From positions 22,756,001 to 22,820,000 of the forward strand of contig CM059432.1 in NCBI GenBank assembly GCA_030390025.1: a stretch of DNA of 64,000 bases, given 5' to 3'. A program made the position numbers and the translations under genes. Positions 1 to 10,640 of the stretch are shown here, piece after piece; the stretch's first letter is position 1, and the number at the start of each line of letters is the position of its first letter. The notes below the pieces were generated by a model. That model saw only the letters and a list, made by a program, of their open reading frames with translations. It searched no databases and had not been told where the DNA came from. The DNA is from Squalus acanthias (taxonomy: Eukaryota).

Positions 1-1176
1 GCACACCTGTGTAAATATCTCTTTGTGGTTGAACACAGCTGCACATTAATGGAGTGGAAGCCCTTGCGGTTCAAGAATACTCTTGGTTGATCTGGAGGTG
101 TATGGATTGCCATGTGTGTGCAGTCGATGACGCCCTGCACCTGTGGGAAGCCAGCCAGAGACGCAAACCTGTGCGCCCGGTCATTCTGACTGGCGTCATC
201 ACAGGCGAAGTTGACATCATTGCCGGCCCTGGCAAACAACCCATCAGTCACCTGCCTTCTGCATTTGTGAGCTGCCAACTGGGAGATCCTGGCTATGTCT
301 CCAGCAGCACCCTGGAATGATCCAGAGGCAAAAATGTTGAGGGCGGTGGTCACTTTGACAGCCACTGGTGAGGCTTGGCCACCAGGTCCAGCAGGGAGCA
401 GGTCTTCTTTTAGCAGGCTGCAGATGGCTGCCACCACCTGACACAACAACCTGAGCCTCCGGAAGCACTGTTGTTCCGACATGTCAAGAAAGCTCAGCCT
501 CTGCCTGCACACCCTGTGTCGCCGGTAGTGCCTCCAGCGGGCTGCACCCATCTGCTGCTCCCCTCTCTGCTGCTCCCAGCTCTGATATCCAGCTGAAGGT
601 CTGTCACCAACAGGCTTCCACTGCTAGTGGTCCCCTCTTTGATGCCCGACTGCAGGTCTGTTAACAACAGGCTGTTGCTGCTGCTGGTGCTGTTCACATT
701 GCTCCTCGTCGAGGTCCAATCTAAGGCAGCCAAGGTGCCACCCCCCATCCTGATCTGTTGTGAAAACCTCCAGTGTAGATAGTAAACTCTCAGCAAAAGT
801 ACTGTGAACAAACCCTTTCTCACTGATAGGTAAGAAAGCAGCTGTGAGTACTGAGTATTATTGCAGTATTTGTATGAATTTTAATCAGCCCCCCCAATTG
901 CTGTTGTGTTCTCACTTTGCTTTCAATGGGGAGTATCAGGTTGGATGCAACATTAAAGTTAAAAGTGTGTTGACATTTTTTTTTGAGCGATTAGCATATG
1001 TTAATAGGAAACCCGCCTCTCCTTGGGGAGTATTGTGCAACCAATGTAATGCGCCTGAGTTAAATGCGGAATTCGGTAGGTTGGAGCCAGCTTCCCGATG
1101 CACTCACATTTTTGCTGGCTTTAACCCCTCCGCCCGCACCTAAATCCACCCCCGACTCCATGTTAAAATTTCCCCC
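1..1176 (-). mobile_element. Degenerate PIF/Harbinger DNA transposon, transposase (DDE_Tnp_4/HARBI1-like) remnant; runs off window start
   Basis: Minus strand reads GFPQVQGVIDCTHMAI (first catalytic D motif of Harbinger transposases). Homologous to the plus-strand copy at ~56700-57010. Terminus GGGGGAAATTTT on the minus strand ends at 1176. Confidence 0.8.
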
Positions 1177-1554
1177 AATGGGTCCTTAAAATTGAGTCAG
1201 TAGTCAAACTGAACATGAGTAAAGGAAAGGGATAATGCTAATTAAGCTATGAAAGCTTATACAAACCAAACATTCCTTGCCAGGGATGGAAAACTAGCCA
1301 TCAAGTCCACAGGCCCAGAGACGACTTGTTAAGGGGGACATAAAGGTGTCCTGCCTTATCTGGAGCTGTCTGTGACCTCTTTGTTAGCAAATACCTGAGT
1401 AAACGAGTGATGTGGCACATCTATGGACTGGTGCTTTATTGATTTGGAGGTTCTGCTGCAGCCATCCTCCATTATCAGCACCCGTTGTCCGAGAAAATGG
1501 GAGCGATGGCTAAGGTTAAGTGAATGTTAAGGCTGGAAGGCTTTAAAGTGCTTA

Positions 1555-1630
1555 ATAGAAAGATGAGGTGCTGCTCATCAAGCTTGCGTTGAGCTTTATT
1601 GGAACAGTGTAGGAGGCCAAGGACAGATAA
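1555..1630 (-). mobile_element. Short Penelope-like element fragment
   Basis: Similar to ~55925-55995, which lies inside the GIY-YIG-bearing Penelope fragment. Confidence 0.5.
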
Positions 1631-2040
1631 TCTAATACTATTAACTTGTCAGCTATCTAAGGAGTTTCATTCTAAATTAATCTCAGCAACCTATATCAAT
1701 CTCAGACACTGATCATAACTGTAAATTTATAATCAGCAAGCAGTTAATGCTGAACTATTGATATAGAAGAAAGCCAGATAAATGGAGTTGCATTACAGAT
1801 AAGTGGTGATCTAATTGAATGGCGGAACAGGCGGAAGGGGCGGTGCAATACTGCCGGTGTTGCAATAACTCTCAGGACAAATTTCTATGCCAATTTGTCC
1901 TGCACTGTTATCTAACCATGTGCACTTTCTAGCAGGAGTCACTGGATAAAAGTTAGGAACTGTACCCCTGTATAATTTTGCTGAGGACAGTTGTGTCACG
2001 ATTGCTGTCCTAACCTAACACAGACTATAGAAGTCAACTT

Positions 2041-3361
2041 AAGACATAGGAACATAGGAACAGGAGTGGACCATTTAGCCCCTCGAGCCTGTTCCGCCAT
2101 TCAATGAGATCATGGCTGATCTGTGATCTAACTCCATATACCCTCCTTTGGCCCATATCCATTAATACCTTTGGTTAACAAAAAGCTATCAATCTCAGAT
2201 TTAAAATTAACAATTGATCTAGCATCAATTGCCATTTGCGGAAGAGAGTTCCAAACTTCTACCACCCTTTGTGTGTAAAAGTGTTTCCTAATTTCACTCC
2301 TGAGAGGTCTGGCTCTAAGTTTTAGACTATGCCCCCTAGTCCTAGAATCCCCAACCAGCGGAAATAGTTTATCTCTATCTACCCTATCTGTTCCCCTTAA
2401 TATCTTGAAAACTTCAATCAGATTACCCCTTAACCTTCAAAAGCTAGGGAATACAACCCTAATTTGTGTAATCTCTTCTCATAACTTAACCCTTGAAATC
2501 TGGGTATCATTCTGATAAACCTACGCTGCACTCCCTCCAAGGCCAATATATCCTTCCTAAGGTGTGGTGCCCAGAACTGCTCACAGTACTCCAGGTGTGG
2601 TCTAACCAGGGCTTTGGATAGCTGCAGCATAACTTCTACCCCCTTGTATTCTCGTCCTCTAGATATAAAGACCAGCATCCCATTAGCCTTTTTGATTATT
2701 TTCTGTACCTGTTGATGATATTTTAATGATTTATGTACCTGGGCCCCCAAGTCTCTTTGGACTTCCACTGTTTTTAACTTTTTACCATTTAAAAAGTATC
2801 CATTTCTATCCTTTTTATGTCCAAAGTGGATGACCTCACATTTGTTTAAATTGAAATCCGTTTGCCACAGTTGTGCCCATTCTCTTAATCTATCAAGATC
2901 CCTTTGTAATTTTATGCTTTCCTCTACACTGCTTACAATGCCGCCTATCTTTATGTCATCAGCAAATTTGGATATATGACTTTCTATGCCATCATCTCAG
3001 TCGTTAATAAATACTGTGAATAGTTGAGGCCCCAACACAGATCCCTGCGGGACACCACTAGTCACATCCTGCCAATTTGAGTACCTACCCATTATCCCGA
3101 CTCTCTGTCTCCTGCCGCTCAGCCAATTTCTTAACCAGGTCAATAATTTACCCTCAATTCCATGGGCTTCTACCTCAGTTAACAACCTCTGATGTGGGAC
3201 TTTATCAAATGCCTTCTGGAAGGCCATATAAATAACATTCCCCTGTTCACTACTTTAGTCATCTCTTCAAAACATTCAATCAGGTTTGTCAGGCATGACC
3301 TACCTTTCACAAATCCATGCTGGTTCTCTCTGATCAACTAAAAATTTTCAAGGTGTTCAGT
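2041..3361 (-). mobile_element. Old CR1 LINE, 3' part of ORF2 (RT) and tail; continues at ~18833-19850
   Basis: Minus-strand RT motifs [30 protein letters not shown]. Tandem (TTCCTATG)n-like tail at ~2041-2060. Reading stops at ...TEHLENF at 3361. Confidence 0.92.
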
Positions 3362-5646
3362 GCGAACAAGCACTGAGTGCGAGTCAGCAGAGAGTGCTGA
3401 GTTTGGGTAAGTGTGAGAGTTCTTTAATTGTTAGTTGTCTTTAAATCATTCTTGATAAGAGTACTTAAGCAGTTTAAGTGAAGGGGAAAAGTTAAATATT
3501 TGGGATTCTGTTGGTTTAAGAAGAGTAAATCAAGGTTACACTGCAGTAGGAGTAAATTGGCACAGCAGGCAGTGTAAACCAGTTTTCTAATCAATCAGCA
3601 GGGGTGACTCATTTGGCTGTAAACAAACAAACAGTATAAAAAGACCAGTGCTAGTGCGAGTCAGCAGAGAGTGCTGAGTTTGGGTAAGTGTGAGTTCGGG
3701 TGAGTGGGGTGTAGGGTGCTCTTTTCAAACTTTAACTCTGTGGGTTGTAGTTAATAAGGCCTTACTGGTGCAGAGTGACTGTTGGTAAACCATTTAACTG
3801 GTGTAATTTAGAGGGATCGATTTAATTTAAATCCAATTAATTAGAGGGGATACTAGCATCTATAATCGGGCAGAGAGTGTCCATAACTAACAATAAAAAC
3901 ATTGAATTAATTACATAGAATGGAGCAGGTGATGTGTTACTGTTGCGAGATGTGGGAGCCGGTGGACCTCATTGAGGCTCACGGTGATTACATCTGTGAC
4001 AAATGTCTGCTGCTACAGGAACTCCAGCTCCGTGTTGATGAGCTGGAGGCTGAGCTTCAGACACTGCGACACATCAGGGAGGGGGAGAAGTACCTGGACT
4101 CTGTGTTTCAGGAGGTGGTCACACCTATGAAGTTAATTAATTCAGATGTAGCCCATGGTCAGGGACAGGACGGTGTGACTACGAGTGAGGCAGGTACGGG
4201 GATCCAGGAGGTAGTGTTGGAGGAGCCGCAGCCCTTGCTCTTGTCCAACAGGTTTGAGGTTCTTACTCCCTGTGGGGACAGGAGCAGGGACTCCAGGGAG
4301 GATGAGCAACCTGGCCACAGCACCGTGGAACGGGGGGCCATTCAAGAGGGGGGAGTAAATAGAAATGTTGTAGTGGTAGGGGATAGTATTATTAGGGGGA
4401 TAGATAGAGTTCTCTGCAGCCGAGAGCGAGAGTCTCGTAGGCTGTGTTGCCTGCCCGGTGCCAGGGTTAAGGACATCTCCTCTGGGCTGGAAAGAAACTT
4501 GCAGTGGGAGGGGGTGGATCCAGTTGTCGTGGTCCATGTTGGTACAAACGACATAGATAGGACAAGGAAGCCGGTTCTGTTAAAGGAGTATGAGCAGCTA
4601 TGGGTCAAATTAAAAAACAGAACCTCAAGGGCAATAATCTCTGGATTATTACCTGAGCCACGAGCGAATTTGGCTAGGACAAATAAAATTAGAGAGTTAA
4701 ATGAGTGGCTCAAAGACTGGTGTGGGAGAAATGGGTTTTGCTTCCTGGGACACTGGCACCAGTAGCTGGGGCAGGAGGGAGCTGTTCCGTTGGGACGGGC
4801 TTCACTTGGCCAGTGCTGGGACTAGAGTCCTGGCGGATCATATAACTAGGGCTGTGGAGAGGGCTTTAAACTAACTAGTGGGGGGGAGGTTCCTAGAGAA
4901 CAAATAATAAAAATGACAACAGAGAAGGTCATAGACTTAGGTAGCAGTGGGGAAATTAAAAACCACAGTGTGTCAGGAAGGGGCAGAAGATATAGAGTAA
5001 AAGGTAAAGTAATAAAAAGGGCAAAAGCAGGAACTAAGTGTCACAAAACATATTTGAAAGTTCTCTATCTGAATGCACGTAGCATTCGTAACAAAATAGA
5101 CGAGTTAATGGCACAAATAACTACATATGGGTATGATCTTGTGGCCATTACAGAAACATGGCTGCAGGGTGACAATGCCTGGGAATTAAACATACCAGGT
5201 TATTTAACGATCAGGAAGGACAGGCAGGAAGGAAGGGGAGGTGGGGTGGCTATGTTAATAAAGGAAGGAATCACTAACACAGAGAAATTATATTGGGTCA
5301 AAAGATCAGGATAATGAAACAGTTTGGGTGGAGATAAGGAATAATAAGGGGAAAAAAACACTAGTGGGCGTAGTCTATAGGCCTCCAAACAGTTGCAACT
5401 CTGTTGGACGGAGTATCAATCAGGAAATAGTTGAGGCTTGTAATAAGGGAACATCTATAATTATGGGGGATTTTAATTATCATATTAATTGGACAAATCA
5501 AATTGGGCAGGGCTGCCTTGAGAATGAGTTCATTGAGTGTATTAGAAATGGGTTTCTTGAGCAGTATGTAACTGAACCGACCAGGGGGCAAGCAACCTTA
5601 GATCTGATCCTGTGTAACGAGACAGGATTAATTAAAAATGTCCTAG
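3362..5646 (+). mobile_element. CR1-A LINE, 5' part (5'UTR, ORF1, endonuclease start of ORF2), interrupted by ERV
   Basis: ORF1 from 3920 and ORF2 from 4913 (YLNARSIRNK, AITETWL, GDFN endonuclease motifs). Collinear with the intact copy at 6172-10477. Confidence 0.93.
3920..4874 (+). pseudogene. CR1-A ORF1 (Cys finger/leucine zipper plus SGNH esterase-like domain), frameshifted near the C-terminus
   Basis: CxxC...CxxC motif, heptad repeat, VVGDS and HVGTND esterase blocks. One extra G at ~4765 (CAGTAGCTG vs CAGTACTG in CR1-B) creates the stop. Confidence 0.9.
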
Positions 5647-6150
5647 TGAAAGGGTTAATTTGAACTCATGTTAAATTAAGTTAAATTAAAACCTCTTAGC
5701 TGTACGAAATAGAATAAGAACACAGGTGGAGAGATTAGCATGGATGAGAGTTGGAAACTTAGCCGCACTCAAGGCCAGAATACAATAAACGTCTGTGAAG
5801 AAATATAATGGACAAATGTGAGAATAAGATATAGCCCAGTACTCAAGCAAACATAGCAGCATATATACGCCATTGAATTGCTTTTAGTTTGTAGCTGACA
5901 AAGATAAGAAATATAATGAATTAATGGTTTAGTTTGAATTGACATAATTGTAATCATGTGATATTTTGTAACTATGTGATTGGACAATTCTTAAATAAAA
6001 GGTTGTAATTGACAACAAAAGGTCGAGAAGCTGCAGTCACCAGGCCGGGTAAGGTCTGTGACGCTTCTCCCAGAGATCTCTGAATATTAAATAAACTGTT
6101 TTGCTTTCACCTATCAACACAGACTGGAGTGAAATAATTTCACCCTAACA
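5647..6150 (+). mobile_element. ERV LTR copy 1 (504 bp), flanked on both sides by CTAG like a solo LTR
   Basis: TG...CA termini and AATAAA at ~6090. Direct repeat of 16288-16791. CTAG at 5643-5646 and 6151-6154. Confidence 0.93.
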
Positions 6151-6293
6151 CTAGTAAAGGATTCCATATTCTTTTTTTTATACAAAACTTCAATTCCATA
6201 GTTTATAGTTTCTCGGGTATCTGTGGTGTAGCGGAGACTGCTGGCATAAATTAACTGAAGGGTAAATAATACATTTTTAATTAATTACATAGA

Positions 6294-7250
6294 ATGGGAG
6301 AGCAGGTGATGTGTTACTGCTGCAATATGTGGGAGCTGGTGGACACCATTGATGTTCACGGTGAACACATTTGCAGTAAGTGTTGGCTGCTCGAGGAACT
6401 TCGGCTCCGTGTTGATGAGCTGGAGTCCGAGCTTCAAACACTGCGACACATCAGGGAGGGGGAGAGTTACCTGGACTCCGTGTTTCAGGAGGTAGTCACA
6501 CCAATTAGAGTAACTAATTCAGAAGTAGCCCGTGGTCAGGGACAGGAAGGTGTGACTACGAGTGAGGCAGGTACAGGGATCCAGGAGGTAGTGTTGGAGG
6601 AGCCGCAGCCCTTGCTCTTGTCCAACAGGTTCGAGGCTCTTACTCCCTGTGTGGATAGGAGCGGGGACTGCAGGGAGGATGAGCAACCTGGCCACAGCAC
6701 CGTGGTAAGGGGGGCCATTCAAGTGGGGGGAGTAAAAAGAAATGTTGTAGTGGTAGGGGATAGTAACATTAGGGGGATAGATAGGGTTCTTTGCAGCCAA
6801 GAGCGAGAGTCCCGAAGGCTGTGTTGCCTGCCCGGTGCCAGGGTTAAGGACATCTCCTCTGGGCTGGAGAGAAACTTGCAGTGGGAGGGGGAGGATCCAG
6901 TTGTCGTGGTCCATGTTGGTACCAATGACATAGATAGGACAAGGAAAGAGGTTCTGCTGAGGGAGTTTGAGCAGCTAGGGGCCAAATTAAAAAGCAGAAC
7001 CTCGAGGGTAATAATCTCTGGATTATTACCTGAGCCACGAGCAAATTTGGCTAGGGTAAATAAAATCAGGGAGTTGAATGCGTGGCTCAAAGACTGGTGT
7101 GGGAAAAATGGGTTTTGCTTCTTGGGACACTGGCACCAGTACTGGGGCAGGAGAGAGCTGTTCCATTGGGACGGACTTCACTTGGCCAGTGCTGGGACTA
7201 GTGTCCTGGCGAATCGAATAACTAGGGCTGTGGAGAGGGCTTTAAACTAA
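6294..7250 (+). CDS. CR1 ORF1p (zinc finger/leucine zipper plus SGNH/GDSL esterase-like), 318 aa
   Basis: CYCCNMW...CSKC motif, coiled coil, VVGDS / HVGTND / DGLHL blocks of the esterase fold known in CR1-clade ORF1. Confidence 0.92.
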   Translation: MGEQVMCYCCNMWELVDTIDVHGEHICSKCWLLEELRLRVDELESELQTLRHIREGESYLDSVFQEVVTPIRVTNSEVARGQGQEGVTTSEAGTGIQEVVLEEPQPLLLSNRFEALTPCVDRSGDCREDEQPGHSTVVRGAIQVGGVKRNVVVVGDSNIRGIDRVLCSQERESRRLCCLPGARVKDISSGLERNLQWEGEDPVVVVHVGTNDIDRTRKEVLLREFEQLGAKLKSRTSRVIISGLLPEPRANLARVNKIRELNAWLKDWCGKNGFCFLGHWHQYWGRRELFHWDGLHLASAGTSVLANRITRAVERALN

Positions 7251-7288
7251 TTAGTGGGGGGGAGGTTTCAAGAGAGCAAAAAATAAAA

Positions 7289-10240
7289 ATGATAACAGAG
7301 AGGGTCATAGACATAGGTAGCAGTAGGGGAATCACAAATCAGAGCGTGGCAGGAAGGGACAGAGTGTGTGGAGTAAAAGGTAAAGTGGTAAAAAGTGAAA
7401 AAGCAGGAACTAAGTGGCACAAAGCATATTTGAAAGTTCTCTATCTGAATGCACGTAGCATTCGTAACAAAATAGACGAGTTAATGGCACAAATAACTAC
7501 ATATGGTTATGATATTGTGGCCATTACAGAAACATGGCTGCAGGGTGACAATGCCTGGGAATTAAACATACCTGGTTATTTAACGATCAGGAAGGACAGG
7601 CAGGAAGGAAGGGGAGGTGGGGTGGCTATGTTAATAAAGGAAGGAATCACTGTAATACAGAGTAATGATATTGGGTCAAAAAATCATGATAATGAAACAG
7701 TTTGGGTGGAGATAAGGAATAATAAGGGGAAAAAAACACTAGTGGGCGTAGTCTATAGGCCTCCGAACAGTTGCAACTCTGTTGGACGGAGTATCAATCA
7801 GGAAATAGTTGAGGCATGTAATAAGGGAACATCTATAATTATGGGGGATTTTAACTATCATATTAATTGGACAAATCAAATGGGGCAGGGCTGCCTTGAG
7901 GATGAGTTCATTGAGTGTATTAGGGATGGGTTTCTTGAGCAGTATGTAACTGAACCGACCAGGGGGCAAGCAACCTTAGATCTGGTCCTGTGTAACGAGA
8001 CAGGATTAATTAAAAATGTCCTAGTAAAGGATCCCCTTGGAATGAGTGACCATAACATGGTTGAATTCCATATTCAATTAGAGGGTGAGAAGGTTGGATC
8101 TCAAACAAGCGTGCTAAGCTTGAATAAAGGAGACTATGAAGGTATGCGAGCGGAATTGAGTAGAGTGGATTGGGAAAATAGATTAAAGGGTAAGACGACA
8201 CATGATCAGTGGTGTACATTCAAGGAGTTATTTTACAATTTCCAAAAAAAATATATTCCACTGAAAAGAAAAGGGTGTAAAAGAAAGGACAGTCATCCGT
8301 GGCTAAGTAAAGAAATTAAGGATAGTATTCGACTAAAAACAAGGGCATATAAGGTAGCGAAATCTAGTGGGAGGACAGAGGATTGGGAAAACTTTAAAAG
8401 GCAGCAAAAAATAACAAAAAGATTGATTAAGAAAGGGAAGATAGATTATGAAAGTAAATTAGCAAAAAATATAAAAACAGATAGTAAGAGTTTTTGTAGT
8501 TACATAAAAAGAAAAAGGGTGGCTAAAGTAAATGTTGGTCCCTTAGAGGATGAGACCGGGAAATTAATGGTGGGAAATATGGAGATGGCAAAAACACTGA
8601 ATGAATATTTTGTATCAGTCTTTACAGTAGAGGACACTAAGAATATCCCAACACTGGACAAACAGGGGGCTATAGGGGGAGAGGAGCTAAACACGATCAA
8701 AATCACTAAGGAAGTGGTACTCGGTAAAATAATGGGACTCAAGGCGGATAAATCACCTGGACCTGATGGCTTACATCCTAGAGTCTTGAAGGAAGTGGCG
8801 GTAGGGATTGTAGATGCATTGGTAATAATTTTTCAAAACTCCCTGGATTCCGCTAAGGTCCCGGCAGACTGGAAAACTGCTAATGTAACACCCTTATTTA
8901 AAAAGGGCAGTAGACAGAAGGCTGGTAACTATAGACCGGTTAGCCTAACATCTGTGGTAGGTAAAATTTTGGAGTCCATTATTAAGGAAACAGTAACAGG
9001 ACATTTGGATAATCATAATTTAATAGGACAAAGTCAGCATGGTTTTATGAAGGGGAAGTCATGTTTGACAAATTTGCTGGAGTTCTTTGAGGAAGTAACA
9101 TATAGAGTGGATAAAGGGGAACCAGTGGACGTAGTGTATTTAGACTTCCAAAAGGCATTTGACAAGGTGCCACACAAAAGATTATTGCTTAAGGTAAAAA
9201 ATCACGGGATTGGGGGTAATATTCTGGCATGGATAGAGGATTGGCTATCTAACAGAAAGCAAAGAGTTGGGATAAATGGTTCATTCTCAGACTGGCAATC
9301 AGTAACTAGTGGTGTTCCACAGGGGTCAGTGCTGGGTCCCCAACTCTTTACAATCTATATTAACGATTTGGAGGAAGGGACCAAGTGTAACATATCAAAA
9401 TTTGCAGATGATACAAAGATGGGAGGGAAAGTAGTGAGTGAGGAGGACATAAAAAACCTGCAAGGAGACATAGACAGGCTAAGTAAGTGGGCAGAGATTT
9501 GGCAGATGGAATACAACACTGGAAAGTGTGAGGTGATGCACTTTGGCAGGAAAAATCCTAGAGCAATTTATTATCTTAATGGCAAGAAACTGGAGAGTAC
9601 TGAAGTGCAAAGGGATCTGGGGGTCCTGGTGCACGAAACTCAAAAGGTTAGTATGCAGGTGCAGCAAGTGATTAAGAAGGCAAATGGAATGTTGGCTTTC
9701 ATTGCTAGGGGGATAGAATATAAAAATAGGGAGGTATTGCTTCAGTTGTACAAGGTATTGGTGAGACCGCACCTGGAATACTGCATACAGTTTTGGTGTC
9801 CTTACTTAAGGAAAGACATCCTTGCTCTCGAGGCAGTGCAAAAAAGGTTCACTCGGTTAATCCCGGGGATGAGGGGGTGGTCATATGAGGAGAGGTTGGG
9901 TAGATTGGGACTCTACTCATTGGAGTTCAGAAGAATGAGAGGCGATCTTATTGAAACATATAAGATTGTGAAGGGGTTGGATCGGGTGGATGCGGGGAGG
10001 ATGTTCCCGATGACGGGTGAGACTAGAACTAGGGGACATAGTCTTAGAATAAGGGGCTGCTCTTTCAAAACTGAGATGAGGAGGAACTACTTCACTCAGA
10101 GGGTGGTAGGTCCATGGAATATGCTGCCACAAAAAGCTGTAGAAGCTACATCATTAAATAAATTTAAAACAGAAATAGACAGTTTCCTAGAAGTAAAGGG
10201 CATTAAGGGTTACGGGGAGCGGGCAGGAATTTGGACATGA
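7289..10240 (+). CDS. CR1 ORF2p, apurinic-like endonuclease plus reverse transcriptase, 983 aa, no stops
   Basis: NARS, TETW, GDFN, LDL, SDH endonuclease motifs. [36 protein letters not shown] motifs. Confidence 0.96.
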   Translation: MITERVIDIGSSRGITNQSVAGRDRVCGVKGKVVKSEKAGTKWHKAYLKVLYLNARSIRNKIDELMAQITTYGYDIVAITETWLQGDNAWELNIPGYLTIRKDRQEGRGGGVAMLIKEGITVIQSNDIGSKNHDNETVWVEIRNNKGKKTLVGVVYRPPNSCNSVGRSINQEIVEACNKGTSIIMGDFNYHINWTNQMGQGCLEDEFIECIRDGFLEQYVTEPTRGQATLDLVLCNETGLIKNVLVKDPLGMSDHNMVEFHIQLEGEKVGSQTSVLSLNKGDYEGMRAELSRVDWENRLKGKTTHDQWCTFKELFYNFQKKYIPLKRKGCKRKDSHPWLSKEIKDSIRLKTRAYKVAKSSGRTEDWENFKRQQKITKRLIKKGKIDYESKLAKNIKTDSKSFCSYIKRKRVAKVNVGPLEDETGKLMVGNMEMAKTLNEYFVSVFTVEDTKNIPTLDKQGAIGGEELNTIKITKEVVLGKIMGLKADKSPGPDGLHPRVLKEVAVGIVDALVIIFQNSLDSAKVPADWKTANVTPLFKKGSRQKAGNYRPVSLTSVVGKILESIIKETVTGHLDNHNLIGQSQHGFMKGKSCLTNLLEFFEEVTYRVDKGEPVDVVYLDFQKAFDKVPHKRLLLKVKNHGIGGNILAWIEDWLSNRKQRVGINGSFSDWQSVTSGVPQGSVLGPQLFTIYINDLEEGTKCNISKFADDTKMGGKVVSEEDIKNLQGDIDRLSKWAEIWQMEYNTGKCEVMHFGRKNPRAIYYLNGKKLESTEVQRDLGVLVHETQKVSMQVQQVIKKANGMLAFIARGIEYKNREVLLQLYKVLVRPHLEYCIQFWCPYLRKDILALEAVQKRFTRLIPGMRGWSYEERLGRLGLYSLEFRRMRGDLIETYKIVKGLDRVDAGRMFPMTGETRTRGHSLRIRGCSFKTEMRRNYFTQRVVGPWNMLPQKAVEATSLNKFKTEIDSFLEVKGIKGYGERAGIWT

Positions 10241-10478
10241 GTCTAGGTTCGGATCGGTCATGGCCCTATGGGTAGTGGAGCGGGCCCAGGGACCGTGTAG
10301 CCTGATTCTGCTCCTATTTCGTGTGTGCAATTCTGTTAGATGCAGGAGATGGTTCTGTGATAGATAGTAGATTGGCGGTTAGGATCAGATCAGCCATGAT
10401 CTTATTGAATGGCGGAGCAGGCTCGAGGGGCCGATTGGCCTACTCCTGCTCCTATTTCTTATGTTCTTATGTTCTTAG

Positions 10479-10640
10479 ACCGTCTGGGGAGTGAGGAAAA
10501 TGTTGGGACTATTTAACTACTGCAGGAATTTTATATCAGACTTTGCAGGGAAAGCAGAGCCGATTTAACGGTTAGTTAAAGAGGGATCCAGTAGCGAAGG
10601 CAATGCCACGATGTGTGGCTGCAATAGATTGTGCCACAAG
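10479..10640 (+). pseudogene. Retroviral pol remnant (RT thumb and tether)
   Basis: Manual translation TVWGVRKMLGLFNYCRNFISDFAGKAEPI*RLVK, then (after a deletion) DPVAKAMPRCVAAIDCA. Confidence 0.8.

Larger units (their letters stand above)
6172..10477 (+). mobile_element. CR1-B LINE with two uninterrupted ORFs, short or truncated 5'UTR, (TTCTTATG)n tail
   Basis: ORF1 6294-7250, ORF2 7289-10240, 3' terminal module and octamer-repeat tail. Confidence 0.95.

Noticed and set aside
5769..5987. 72-aa minus ORF present in both LTRs (also 16410-16628)
   Set aside because: Non-ATG start, AT-rich, and shared only because the LTRs are near-identical.
6017..6019. GGG vs AAA difference between LTRs and a few TGG>TGA/TAG stops as APOBEC-type hypermutation
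   Set aside because: Too few sites, and several other stops fit CpG decay (CGA>TGA).
6151..6171. Possible primer-binding site after LTR1
   Set aside because: Does not start with TGG and is CR1-A sequence identical to the flank of LTR2.
4142..7090. Antisense ORFs of equal length in both CR1 ORF1 copies (131 aa and 123 aa)
   Set aside because: Most likely shadow frames of the coding strand in two closely related copies. No recognisable domain.
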